A stretch of DNA of 64,000 bases from a virus (Duplodnaviria > Caudoviricetes), in IMG/VR virus record IMGVR_UViG_3300021387_000090, positions 64,001 through 128,000 of that record; one strand, written 5' to 3'. Position numbers and translations under genes: made by a program. Numbering within the stretch: position 1 is the first letter of the stretch; every line of letters begins with the position of its first letter. Below the pieces are notes generated by a model that searched no databases, had not been told where the DNA came from, and was given only the letters and a program-made list of their open reading frames with translations. Positions 49,886-62,493 of the stretch are shown here, piece by piece.

Positions 49886-52800
49886 TACTCATAATCCAAA
49901 ATGCAATTCCAAAGAGCAATCCTGATACAAAAGTGCAACCAAATGTATTTTCATTTGGTTCAGCCATAACACTAATCCACAATAATGATGCGGCGAAAAA
50001 TACAACAACAAAGGTTAATGCACAATAAATTATTCTATTCATTTATTCCTCCTCAGTGATAGTCCTCAGTGATAGTAGGAAATAATTCAGAATTTCCTTC
50101 GGGCCATAGATGATTTGCCTTTTCAACAGCTTCGTCTTCATTCTTTGCAAATACATCAATAACGACTACATAAGTTAATCTGTACTTTTTATTTTCTTTT
50201 TCTAGTTCTTCCATCAGATAATAATCAGCGCCACCTTTATATTTCTGATCAAGGATATTTCTGATAATGTCTTCTTTGGTAATATTGTAGTCTACTTTCT
50301 GATATACCATAGATCCGTAAGGATCTTCACAATAACAAACAATATATTTACCTTCTGGAATTTTATAATCAAATTCTCTTATATGATCTTTTCTTTCTAA
50401 ACATTGTTCGTGGAACATATCCTTAGATCTATTACAAGGTACATATCCTATAATTTCAGCGTCTGGATAAGCGTCATAAAAATCAGCATCATCCCTTCCG
50501 TCCCAAAAATAATATTCATTATTACTTGCTTTAAATAAAATTCTATCATTTTCGTGAGTCATTTTCCTTACCTCCTTAATTATAATTACACACAATTGAT
50601 TCCAAATTATCTTCAATATTGATTAGTTCGTATGCAAATTCAATCCATTCTCTTGTACAGATAAACTGAATTAAAGAAGGATCCTCAACAAGACTATTCC
50701 TTGAAAAACTTGTTATATGATTTTTTAATCCATGATGTTTATGGCAAAGCCAAAAATCAATCATAGTTTTATGATCATAACCCTGCATAATTTCTACATA
50801 ATATTCGTCAGCAACATCAATTCGTTTTACTTCACCCTCATTCGGCAGATCAATCTTATACTTATCGTTCATTTTTATCTCCTTTCTTTTCCTTTTCATT
50901 ATATTAATTAATCATACCAACAGTACAAATTTTCAATATCGAATTCATCTGCATATCTAAAAAGATCGGTAAAATCCTTTATCGTTTCCATATCTTTTTC
51001 AGCATATGTGCCATCTACACCCTCAATAGACACTCTATAATCATGTCTTTCAGGCGAGACTACATATCCATACGCTGTGAAGCCGGGATGATCTACCATG
51101 AAATCATAGATGTCTTTAATACAAGGAGCGTCGTTCTGCTGTTCTTCTGGATCTGCAAAATGTTCATCTAAAAGAGCCTTTAAAGTATCTACATTCATTT
51201 CTTTAAAATGATAAATACCACCCCACCTATATTTTTCAATATCTGCCTCTCCAGAAATAAGTTCGTCTCTTTTTTCCCAATCTTTGTTGTATTCAAATTC
51301 CATTTTATTACTCCTTTCTAGTATAATTTATTAGTTGTTATTATTATCAATACCATTCCTGATAAAAGAAAGCATTACTCTTTGTCCATCTAGGTTTTCT
51401 GAATTTATATCCATACTTTCTGCACATCTTACTGATCTCGTTCAGCATATCATCACTAAGACTGTGCATCCCACAATTCTGAATTTCTTTCGTGGTTTCT
51501 TCGAAGTACATATCATAAATCTTTTCCTGAAGTTCGTAAAACTTACGCCAGTAAGCCACTTCTTTTTGCTTGTATACAATAAGATGCCTCGGCTTATTTA
51601 CGATATAATTCTCAAATTCTTCGTTAGTAAAATTAACAATAATTTTCTTTTTACGGTAATCGCTAGATCCATACTCATATTCAATATCAGCAGTATTACG
51701 ATAAGAAGCTCGGAATAAATAGTAATCATCAGGAATATTATGTTCCCTTTTTACCTTTTCCAGATCGCAGTATTTAATATTAACAGGAACAGTAATAGTA
51801 TATGGAAGAAGATCTTCAATAAATTCTTCGTTTTTCTGATCAACTTCTTCCTTAATATAATAGGAGAAATCAGGAAGATCAGAGATCTCTTTATAACTCA
51901 TATTATTCAGCATTGCAATTTCCTTCTTGGTCATCTTCTTAACTTCATACATCCACATATCAAGTCCCATATTATTCTCCTTTTATTGTTATTAAACATC
52001 ACAACTAATACCGTAATAACAAATCCATTTTCCATTTACGTTGAATAAGCTATGCCAACTGGTAAACAACTGGCCTGTACAGTCATAAGGCGAAGGATAA
52101 TAAAATAATTCTTCGTTTTCATGGAACCATTCTTCCGCATCAAATTTTGTTTTTACATATTCAGGACATTCGACCCTTAAGATATAACCATCAATTCCAT
52201 AATCATGGATAATTCTTCTATCAGAAACAGTTTCCTTATTTCTTTTACGGATTTCTTCTTTAATCTGTCGAATGAACTGCTGAATAATTGGATTCATGGT
52301 GCGGTCTTTATTTATATATTCAGTTTTTAATATATGTAAAAATTCATATAAACGTCTTGTCGTATAATCTGAAAACATATTTATATAAGACCCCCTTTCT
52401 ATTTAATTTTTCTTGTAATACTTTGTATCAAAAATCTTTTCAACCATACAGAACTGAATAATTTCAATAGAACTGTCAACATTTTTTGCAATCTCTCTGG
52501 TAAGTCGAACTAGATCCTGAATAAATTCCTTTGTCATCAATTCATTTTCTTCTAATTCATCAATATCTTTATCTGTAATAGATACGGCCTGTCTATAGCC
52601 AATATCTAACAGATGTGCGGTTGCCATTATGAATACATCTAAACGGTTGTTATCATAAATTTTCTTCAGATTCTTATACATCATTTTCTCCTTTTTAATC
52701 TTCAATTCTCTTATAAATTACCATTACTTTAGTAACGCCATGCGGCATTGGCATAGGCTTAATATCAATAATGTTCATCTCGTATTTTTCAAGAAACATA

Positions 52801-52957
52801 TTAAGTTCCTTTGCGTGTATATCATCTTGTTCAACTTCAAATAACTTTACACGAATACCAGACATTTTGTAGTAACCATAATTCGTGTTATAATTTTCCA
52901 TTTTTATTTACCTTTCTGGGAGACGGATTGTTAGTCCGTCTCCCTTGGTGTGTAAGA

Positions 52958-53893
52958 TTAAGCGGCTTTAATCAATTCATAAGCCTTATCCATAAGTGCA
53001 TGACCATCAATTACATTCATAAACAGATTCTCTTTGTAACTCTTAGTCAGTCGCAGTGGCTCAGAATGAGTTACAAAGTCACTGACTGCATTCAGGAATC
53101 TATAACCAGATTTTTCAATATCTCTCAGATCAGGTGCCTCCTGATAGCGATACATCAGTTCCGCTCTCTTCTCCGTGATATTCAGAATCTTTCTCTTCGT
53201 ATCATTTTCTTCATCCATAGGGAGAAGCGCATCAATGAACTCTTTTACCTTGTCATCGGTCAGCTTCTTCAACTTCAGTTCTCCAAATTCTTCTTCCATT
53301 TTGTCCAGATAATTTTCTGCTCTGGAGAGAGTTTCATAAGCTTCCTGCAGCTTTCCCTGAACGTCTCCCTTGTGCATACAAGACCACGACCGGGATGCAC
53401 CGTTCAATGCCATATTCAAGGTATTCTGGCAAACCACGCGAACATTTGTCAGTGCTACTTTAATGGCTCCAGTACCATCATGGCTGTTAGTGAACACCAG
53501 ATACGGCAGAAACTGTTCATCGGTCATCATTCTACCTTCCATTTTTGCAAGCAACCAAACTCGCTTACCAGAGGAAAGAGAGCCAGCAGTTTCATACTTA
53601 ACACCCTCGCCCAGAAGAGCATCTGTAAAGTCAAATGCTTCTTCGTTCTGGCAAATACGATAACGGTTAGTAACCATACCAAGAGGTTTATTATCAATAT
53701 CTCTTACGTTAATTTTGAACCCCGGAATCAGAATGCCTGTCTCTTTATCTACCACATCATGCTGAATTACTTTCCAATCGAGTCCTGCCAACTTAATAGC
53801 ATCTTTCGAAGTAGGGGCCTCCTGTACAATAATTCCCTGATTATGCCACGGTACTTCACGAACGCTGAACATATTTTCCACACAAGCTGCCAT
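52958..53893 (-). CDS. DUF932 (TIGR03299-like) phage/plasmid protein
   Basis: PWH..G, AGLDWKV, QNEEAFDF, ETAGSL..GKRVW, NSHDG, VRVVCQNTL. Confidence 0.85.
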   Translation of the reverse strand: MAACVENMFSVREVPWHNQGIIVQEAPTSKDAIKLAGLDWKVIQHDVVDKETGILIPGFKINVRDIDNKPLGMVTNRYRICQNEEAFDFTDALLGEGVKYETAGSLSSGKRVWLLAKMEGRMMTDEQFLPYLVFTNSHDGTGAIKVALTNVRVVCQNTLNMALNGASRSWSCMHKGDVQGKLQEAYETLSRAENYLDKMEEEFGELKLKKLTDDKVKEFIDALLPMDEENDTKRKILNITEKRAELMYRYQEAPDLRDIEKSGYRFLNAVSDFVTHSEPLRLTKSYKENLFMNVIDGHALMDKAYELIKAA

Positions 53894-55279
53894 GATAATA
53901 ATCTCCTTTTCTTTGTTTTATATATTGTTGTTTGTTTTGTTTGTTTGCTTTGTATTATCTACTCTATGAACAATTCAACTCATATCTGCTTTGTCTACAC
54001 AAATCAACCTGTCTTCCGTCAAATCTTCATTGAATTCACTTTTCCAGAATTCATAGAGGATTCCCGTATTATCCCAATCGCAAATATCATGCCAGATAAT
54101 TCCAGCACCATAATAACCGAAAATTAACGAGTGATTCTCAAAGAATTTCGTACATGCAATTCCATACCATCCAATAGGTTCTCCCTCTTTATATAGATCT
54201 TCAGGTGTATCAGCAGTAAAACCGATTTCCTTCTCGGGATGTTCCATTGCATAATCAATCAGTTCCTGTGGTGTAACAAATTTCCATTTAATAGCTCCCA
54301 TTATTGTACCCCCTTAGAAGTAAGAATAGACGCTAACATCATGGTCAATCCATTTGTCAAAGGTCAGATTCAATTTCAATTTCTCTACCACGTTCTTAAG
54401 CAATCCCTTATCCATATAAGTGAGATCCAGAACTTCAACTTCAGGAACCATTTCCGTATATAGAATATGATCAATCTGATATGCGTTCTCTTCACCAATG
54501 TCATATCCGAAGAGTGTGTTCAACCAAGCGTAGCGATCAATATCAAACATGTCCAGACCCTCCATAAGATTCTTGATATAGAACTCACTTGCATCACTCT
54601 TCTCATCAATATCTGTTTCCCAAAAAATATCGTTATCGAGCAGTACACCAATAGCTTCTTCTCTTGTCATTGTTATAATGTTCTCCTTTCTTACTCACTC
54701 ACTGCAAATGTCACCACAATACAAGCCACCAGATTTATTTGCTCTAGTCATAAGTCGCAGGAACAGCGCCATAAGATCCTTGAAGTTATCATCTTCAATG
54801 TAGTAGTCATAATTCTCTTCATCGCTAGGCAACATTTCAAGTTCGCCGTAAGGAATATCCTCGTCAGCTACACCAACTATGAACCAACTCATTAAAATAT
54901 CTTCGTCATTGATCTGCCTTGCAATAAACTCCATTGCCTTGACCATCTTCATACGCTCTATGTTCTTGTTCATTCTTCGACCTCCCCAAAGATTTCTTCA
55001 TATTCATCTACGTCCAAATATCTTTCTGCCCACTCTTTTGCTTTCTCAATTGTAAGCGGATAAATACGCTCACCGCTCTTCCAACAATTATTGCCACATA
55101 ATTCTGCATATCCAGTTGCGGGGCCACCAAAAGCATACATAAAATACTCACCCGTTTTCTTTCTATACAGTTCTTCTTCCCAAAACGAGAAATCATTCCG
55201 TGAAGCATTAGAACAAGCATACCCTAATTTCGTTGCGGTTTCCGTATCGTACTTCTTTCCTTTGATAATTCGCTTCATA

Positions 55280-55780
55280 TTATGCCGCTCCTTTCTTTAC
55301 CTTAATTACTTTCTTATAAATCGTTACATCATAACCCATACTTTTTATCAATTCTGCATACCAATCTGTTCTTGCGTTTCGCTGATATGTATCCCTACTA
55401 GATGCCTTACCTACGCCAGACTTATCGCCCTCATAAACCGTAAAATAAGCAGTTTCGCTTATATCACATACAGTTTTGATAATATGTTCTACTATGTCAT
55501 TCTCCGCAATAACATTCAGTACATTGCTACATACTCCATAATCAACTTTACCTTTTGGTAATGTGGATTCAGGAAGATTATATGGATCATAGGGATAGTA
55601 TTTGCATCCTTGCTCTTCTACTTTCTGTCTAATGTGTGCAATATACTTACCACATCCATAATCCAGAACGGTACTTCCCTTGTTAAATACTATCTTACTA
55701 AAAACGGCTGGCAATTTATTTTTGTTAATAGATGTGCCAGCCGAAGTGTATCTTTGAGTTTTCTTTGTTTCTAACACCAT
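55280..55780 (-). CDS. Class I SAM-dependent methyltransferase
   Basis: VLDYGCGK, YDPY, CSNVLNVI. Confidence 0.75.
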   Translation of the reverse strand: MVLETKKTQRYTSAGTSINKNKLPAVFSKIVFNKGSTVLDYGCGKYIAHIRQKVEEQGCKYYPYDPYNLPESTLPKGKVDYGVCSNVLNVIAENDIVEHIIKTVCDISETAYFTVYEGDKSGVGKASSRDTYQRNARTDWYAELIKSMGYDVTIYKKVIKVKKGAA

Positions 55781-55832
55781 TTTACCTCCGAAATATGTTT
55801 ATGTCAAGCATTTTTCTTTGTATTATCTATTC

Positions 55833-56600
55833 TTAATGAGCATAAACAGCGATCTTATCTCCCTTTTTACCTCTCCTGCATCGCTTGCACATGGAACAAG
55901 TCACGCCAGTTTCATGTCCGTTCTTATCCACAGCAGGACAATGGAACATATTCTTCAGTTCAGGATCTGTTCCATCATCATAATGGAACTCTGCGAATCT
56001 ACGAGGATTTGCGTAATTATTGTGCCATTCGCTTACCCAAGGATGAAGATTCGGAACGGCCTTTTCCAGATCACTACCAAATTCATCTTCGATCTCTTCC
56101 AACCATTCGTATCTCTTGGTGTAGAAATAGAAAGTAGTTTCAGGATTTCTCTGAATGAATTTGATTGTTTCCATCATGTATTCATAACTGAAGAACTCGC
56201 CACCAACATGAATTCGCATGACTTTAATTTCGTTTCTGTCAATCGCAGTCTGCAATTCAGCAAAGAATGTACTAGGATCTTCCCTTGCAAGCATAGTGTT
56301 CTCACCCCATGCTTCAATTACTCTATTATGATGCAGTTTGGCAGAATTGATTGCATAACAACATCCCTTGCAACCATCACAGCAATCATTGCAAGTTCCT
56401 GCAATGTTGGTTAACTGTACACCACATTTTAATGTCAGAGGTTCGTCACCGGGAAGAAGACTGATATTCCATACACTTTTGCCAAGCTTCTCATTTCCCT
56501 GTGTAATGTGTACATGAGTATTTTCATCAATATACAGATAATACACAACACCATTGGTCAGCTTATACTTTTTTGTGTTGGGGTTTTTCTTCCTTGCCAT
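55833..56600 (-). CDS. Gp88-like Fe-S/radical-SAM-related protein
   Basis: GNEKLG, C...C..CYA, RIHVGGEF, FYFYTK, C-terminal CPA...C..C..C. Confidence 0.65.
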   Translation of the reverse strand: MARKKNPNTKKYKLTNGVVYYLYIDENTHVHITQGNEKLGKSVWNISLLPGDEPLTLKCGVQLTNIAGTCNDCCDGCKGCCYAINSAKLHHNRVIEAWGENTMLAREDPSTFFAELQTAIDRNEIKVMRIHVGGEFFSYEYMMETIKFIQRNPETTFYFYTKRYEWLEEIEDEFGSDLEKAVPNLHPWVSEWHNNYANPRRFAEFHYDDGTDPELKNMFHCPAVDKNGHETGVTCSMCKRCRRGKKGDKIAVYAH

Positions 56601-56700
56601 AATATAACTTCCTTTCTTTTGATATATTTTATAGATAAGAAAAAGAGCCAGTGTGAACTGACTCTCTTCCTTATTATATAGTTACCTTGTTTATCTTGCC

Positions 56701-56877
56701 CTATGCAGCCGTATTCCCTTCAATAAACAATGTTTCAAATAATTCAATATATAATTGTTCGATGCATTTTTCACACAATATCACTTCCCTTCCGTTGATT
56801 GAAATTTTATATTTCTCATTTCTAATCACTTCTCCACAATTTTCACACGGTTCGACACTTTCAATTTTGTTAATCAT
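56701..56877 (-). CDS. Small zinc-finger protein (58 aa, below ORF-track cutoff)
   Basis: MINKIESVEPCENC...LCEKC..., preceded by AAGGAG SD. Confidence 0.6.
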   Translation of the reverse strand: MINKIESVEPCENCGEVIRNEKYKISINGREVILCEKCIEQLYIELFETLFIEGNTAA

Positions 56878-56909
56878 TTTTAAATTTCTCCTTCTCCACG
56901 CACCTTGTT

Positions 56910-56923
56910 CGAACGTATGTTCG
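56910..56923. promoter_or_regulatory. Firmicutes LexA (SOS) box
   Basis: Perfect CGAAC-GTAT-GTTCG just downstream of a TTGCAA-16-TATAAT promoter (56930-56957, minus strand). Confidence 0.75.
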
Positions 56924-58189
56924 ATTATTATTATACTCGTTTACTTTGGGATTGCAAACATTTTTTCCATATGGATATAATACATTCTTAATATTTAAGA
57001 TGCGTGAGCGTCAGGCGGCATATAATTTACATACTTTTTATTTAACACATATTCAACCTCCTTATTTCCATAGACTTTATCTGTTAAAATCTTATTATAA
57101 ATATCTGTTCCCTTAATACCGCATAGATATTCAGGTTCAGAACTATTAAAAAAATCTTCAGTGGATTGTTTTATCTTTTTGGCTTCTTTATTATTAGGGC
57201 ACTTTTTCAATCTGTCATAGCTATGACACCAATCAAGAATGGCTTGTGTTACAATAGCAGCGGCTACTTGACGATATGCGTGATCAACACTACCAGATTC
57301 TGGTGGTTTTGAATTAATTGGTGTATGCAATCGTGTAATTCCCCGTTCGGGTGACATTCTGTAACAATTCATTATTCAGTCTCCCTTTATCTTATTCATA
57401 GTAATATCTCCTCTTCTTAACCTTGCAACCACTGCACAGCTTTGCATATGCAGGTAGATCAAACATAGCGTCTTTCATGGAATGATAATCACGACTTACT
57501 TCTGCACCAGAACCATCAACAATAATGAAACGGTAATAATACTTTCTCTTCATATTATGTTCTCCTTTCTAGTTTCCGTACATTAAATCCTTTGCGACAC
57601 TGATCTTGAACGCACGTTCAAACCAATGCCAGATTTCTTCCCTATGGGTTCCTCTCGGGAAACAATACCAATCCTGATCAATGGTTTCGCTTTCAGGATT
57701 CATAGGCACATCTTCGAGTGAAGCCCACAAATTTCTTGCAACATTAAGAATATAATCTTTATTTAGTTTAATTCCCCATTCATTAAAAATAGAAATCATT
57801 TCACTTGCAAGAAAGTAATAATTATCTTCCGTAATGCCATCCTCTATATCAGAATTCAGAATAAACGTATCTATCGTATCAGCAATCATACCAATAAATT
57901 CTCTGCTATCATCATAGTTGAATTTCGTCATTTTATTTTTCCTTCCTATTAAATTAAAAGAGTTCTGCAATTAAGACATAAACCATTTCATCTGCAATCT
58001 TCTTGTGATTATTCATAGTCAACAGATCGTATGCGTCCTTTGCGTTTTCAGGTTCAGGAGATTCTTTAATAATTTTGTCGAGCCTTTCTCTTTGCCAGTC
58101 AAGGCATTTATAAAGCATGAACTTCCGTTCGAACGTGTCCATGTTTTCAAACTGATTATCAAGTCTTTCATAGATCGTAGGGTTTTCCA

Positions 58190-58762
58190 TTATATCATCC
58201 TCCATTCTACAATATGAGTTTTAGGAACATAATTGCGTGTCCCTTTTACCTTGAACCAATATGTTTTGAACTGGTGATTTGGTTCACACTTCACCAGTTC
58301 AAATTCCTTTCCTGTAAAACTTTTCGCAATAATCTCTGTTCCATACGGCAGGTCTTTCAGATCGTTTTTCTTTCGTTCTTTTGTCTTCTCATTATACTCA
58401 TGGCACTTCTTACGCCATGAGTTCGCCCATTCGTTTTCCGTTGGAGTAAGAAGATTCAGAATAGATTCAGGGCATCTGCAAGCCATTGGCCCCATTGTTT
58501 CAGAGATTTCCTTATACAGGAAATTGCATCCCGATCTTTTGTCTTGAGAAGTCAGAACCACATATCCCACAACTTCCTCTTCATCTTTTGGTTTGTGATA
58601 TATTCGGATGGCAGCATAGTATGTACTGCCAACCATTCTGCTTTTCACTACGGAAACATCCCGTTCAAGGCTGTGCCAAGTAAAAATTTTATCCAATTCT
58701 TCTTTTACTTTTACTTTCCCATTAGGATAAGTATTAGTACACCAAGTTCCTGTCCAACCCAT
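58190..58762 (-). CDS. Conserved phage/plasmid hypothetical protein (DUF6927-like)
   Basis: MGW...STYYAAI...YKEISETMGP..C.CP.SILNLL...WRKKC. Confidence 0.6.
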   Translation of the reverse strand: MGWTGTWCTNTYPNGKVKVKEELDKIFTWHSLERDVSVVKSRMVGSTYYAAIRIYHKPKDEEEVVGYVVLTSQDKRSGCNFLYKEISETMGPMACRCPESILNLLTPTENEWANSWRKKCHEYNEKTKERKKNDLKDLPYGTEIIAKSFTGKEFELVKCEPNHQFKTYWFKVKGTRNYVPKTHIVEWRMI

Positions 58763-61530
58763 AAAGACCTCCTTTTACTTTGTATATTCTATTTTCCAAT
58801 CGTAATTTTTAGGAAGAGGTGTAACATACCAATAACAAGCATCCATGTAATCAAGATAACAACCATACCTAGCAAGAATTCCTTGCAGTTTATGTACCTG
58901 TATTCCCCTCTCTCCATAATTTAATTTCTCATAAATCGAACCATCAACAGACATGGACAAAATGTTAATATCAGGAAACCACTTACAAAAATCTTTGTGA
59001 TGTATTACCTTCACGAATTTTTTGTAGTGACCAGTTTTGAAATCACCATTCCATGCCCAACCCATTTCTTTCCCGTTATAGAAGATCCATGCTTCTTTTC
59101 CGTTATGTGTTATCCACGACATAACTTCTCTTGCCATATGTTCAATATCTTGTTTGGTAAGGGTTTTGGTGGTACGAATCCTTTCATAATCTTCCTTGGT
59201 ATATTTCCTGTACATTACCACTCCTCCTTTACGATTTCTGTTCTTCCATAAAGTGTTCTTCTGTGTTGGCAATTGTTTCTTTTATCAAAACACTTAAAGT
59301 CTCGTCATATGCGTCAATGCATAAGTCGCAAATAGGATTCATAGGACAGGCTCCGCAACCGATTTTATTTTCTGTTAAACACTTATTATGATCAGAGCAT
59401 TCATAACACTCTATCTCTTCTTTGTTACTCTGATCACAAGCTTCTGCGATTAAAAGCATGGCAAACGCCATTTTATCTTCCCAATTTATTTTGAGCATAC
59501 TTACTTCTCCTTCCTATTGTTATATAATTCTATGACAATTGCTTTGACGTTGTATAATGCCCATTTAACCAGTTCAGAATCGCTTTCTTTAGACATATTA
59601 TCTATTGCTTTCAGAATGTCGTCTTTATATTCTTCGAGTCTGTCCATAATCACATCTCCCTTGTAAGTGATTTTCTTTGCCATTAGCGTTCCTCCTCATT
59701 CTCATCTTCTAATTTGTTATCCATCTCTTTTGCATACAAAGTAATTACAATAGATTCATTAGCCCATTCTTCAATGAAGTCTATACTATATTCATTTTCG
59801 TCATCGAACAGATCAGATATCTCATATGGTCTACCATCTTTTTCAGCAGCTTTTAATGCTCTCCGTTTTAATTCTTCAAAGGTTTCTTTTGCCTTTTCAA
59901 AAGTAGAGCGATAATAGACAGCACTACTATCCCACATACGACCATCAAGATATTCATCACGATATGAACTTCTTTTCACTTCATAAAATTTCATTTCCTT
60001 CTCTCCTTATAAATAAGTCCACGGCTGTGCGTTCAACACATCTGCAATCTTACTCATTTTAATATTGAACGGTACTACTTTTACCAATGATTCTCCCTTG
60101 AATTCTGGATTCTTGGAAATATCTGTTGGTTTCCAGATCAACCAGCACCAAGTATCCTGCTGAAAAGTATATCCATTGATCTCGGTTCCCTTGGAAAGAG
60201 TATCGTGAACATACTTTTTACGTTCAGACCATTTTCCAAAAGTAAGAAACTTTAGTGCTTCAGTGATGATTTTGTTCTCTTCTTCTCTGGTCATTTGCTT
60301 TCCTCCTTGATTAATAATACATCCAACCAGTATTCCAATAATCAGTGTGATATTTATCAATCCCACCATTCTGATTGATAAAAAGATTCATTTCTCTTTC
60401 AGGAATGATATAATCTAATCCAAGATTGTCCATAGCATATTTCTGAAGATCTTTTTTCCCTTTCATCGTGCCATATGTGTTGGTAATACGAACACACAGA
60501 GTTCTATAAACCCGTTTTCCATTTTTAATTTTGGGAGGACAGACAGCATCCCAAGTCTGTCCATGATCCAGATGAACGATCAGCGTTCCGTTATTCAGAT
60601 AAATATCTCTGGCTCCAGTTGCCAGTACTTCTCTGATAGTCCTCATTTACTTTCCTCCTCGTAATGAAGTTTCTGCATGAAATCAATCATGCTTTCAAGA
60701 TCCAGAAGTTCATTTTTTCTTCTGTCAAGCATTTCCTGTCTGAATCTGATTCTGCTTTCGTTTACGTTATCTTCCACAGCATCATCATAATCATGCTGTG
60801 CAGAACGAACCCAATCTTTCTGAAACTTGATCTGTTTCAGCAGATACTCAATGATCTGTTCGATGTTTTCCTTTTTGTTCATTTGTTTGCCTCCTTTTTC
60901 TTCAAGATATATTCGTCATCGTTTTTAGGTGATCTATGATAAACCATATCATATCCCAATGCTTCAAAGATTTCCTTCATCGTAGACAACCCACAAGCAC
61001 CATTTACCTTGCCATCATACTGACGCAAACCGTAATATTCTTTTTCCTTGTCGAGTGCTTTCAACTCTTCAGGAAAAGCATTGTTCATAAATTCACCAAA
61101 ACACCAACCACACATATCATAGCCGCCACCATCACAACGGCCTACCTTGGCTCCATCAACAATACAGGTACAAATATTATATCCGTAAGTGTCTCTTGCC
61201 TTACTTGTTGTCCATTTCCAGTACATCAATACAGGATACCCTGTATCTAGTACCGCTTTTACTTTGAGTGCATTTTCCTGCGTCTTCGTCATTTTCCTTG
61301 CCATAGTTATGACCTCCTTTTTATGTGTATTATTTGTTAATGGGTAACATAATTCATCACCTATTAAAGGAGGTCGGCAAGTCTAAGTTTCACCTTGCCG
61401 TAATAGATGATGAATTACATCACTCATTAGCAAAGCGAACGTGTGTTTTGTTTCCGTTGTGTAAGAATCATAACACACGTTCGCTTAAATGTCTAATACT
61501 TATTTTATGTTACTCTGTATCTTCTATTCT

Positions 61531-62493
61531 TTATGCGATGTATCTCCCCTCTACGTTCTTATCAATCAGGCGTTCAATTCCCAGATTATTGCACACCAGA
61601 TCTTCCAGATACAGAGCGTTTGCGTTGCTCGGTTTGCGGTTCACATAATATCCCTGTGCAACCGCTCTGAACTTCACAGGATCCCATCCACGAAGAACTC
61701 TGGCAAGTTCTGCCTTGACCAGTGGATTACTACCATGTGCAGCCAGAACATTTCTGACCATACGGAAGGAATGGTTACCTAAACCAGTTCCCACAATATT
61801 CCATTTCGCTTCGATCAGGATATCAACTACGTCCTGAAGGAAGTTTTTTCCGTATGCTTCGGAAATCTTCGCCGCTTCGGAATACCCTGTTAAAGTTCCC
61901 TTCGGCTGTCTCCCTCTGTTTGCGTTAGTCTTGAACTGGATACCGTTGGTATTCTTTATAACCTCGTCCAGATCAACATAAGCCTGAATACCGCACAGAA
62001 CCTTTGCCTTGTGCTGATTGATAGGGGACATGGGATCAACGCCCTCCTGCTGTTTGTAGAAAGCGTCTGCTTCTTTGATCCTTCTTTCTTCAGGTGTCCC
62101 AGAATAGAAGCGGATCTCACACTCCAGATTCTCAACTCCATTTTCCTTTGCAGCAAGGAACCGATGAACACCATCAATAATGTAGAACCGTTTTTCTTCT
62201 TCGTGATCAGATACCAGAAGAGTGTCCATCTTTTCTTTATTCCATTTTGTGATAAGATCCTTTACCTTTTCGGGATTCAAGGTATCCACTCTCTGATATC
62301 CTTCATCAATATCCATACAATCTGTGGGAATACTGGCGTAATACTTATCCCCGATCTTCTGCATATTTACCTTGACCATTTCATAGAGACGATCAGTAAA
62401 GGCTTCTTCCGCAGTCTTGGTAACAGCAACTTCGTTTTCGCTTTCGTTCTTAACCAGACCAGCCACCAGATTGAACAGATTTCTCTTTGCCAT
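61531..62493 (-). CDS. ParB-like N-terminal domain protein
   Basis: IDEGYQR and YIIDGVHRFLAA motifs. Confidence 0.75.
   Translation of the reverse strand: MAKRNLFNLVAGLVKNESENEVAVTKTAEEAFTDRLYEMVKVNMQKIGDKYYASIPTDCMDIDEGYQRVDTLNPEKVKDLITKWNKEKMDTLLVSDHEEEKRFYIIDGVHRFLAAKENGVENLECEIRFYSGTPEERRIKEADAFYKQQEGVDPMSPINQHKAKVLCGIQAYVDLDEVIKNTNGIQFKTNANRGRQPKGTLTGYSEAAKISEAYGKNFLQDVVDILIEAKWNIVGTGLGNHSFRMVRNVLAAHGSNPLVKAELARVLRGWDPVKFRAVAQGYYVNRKPSNANALYLEDLVCNNLGIERLIDKNVEGRYIA

Noticed and set aside
52811-54127. Long plus-strand ORFs (also 27628-28569, 41907-42545, 55818-56414)
   Set aside because: Antisense shadows of well-supported minus-strand genes, with no motifs or SD sites.
61436-61449. 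Second LexA box (CGAACGTGTGTTTT)
   Set aside because: Imperfect, and better explained as one arm of a 15-bp inverted repeat.
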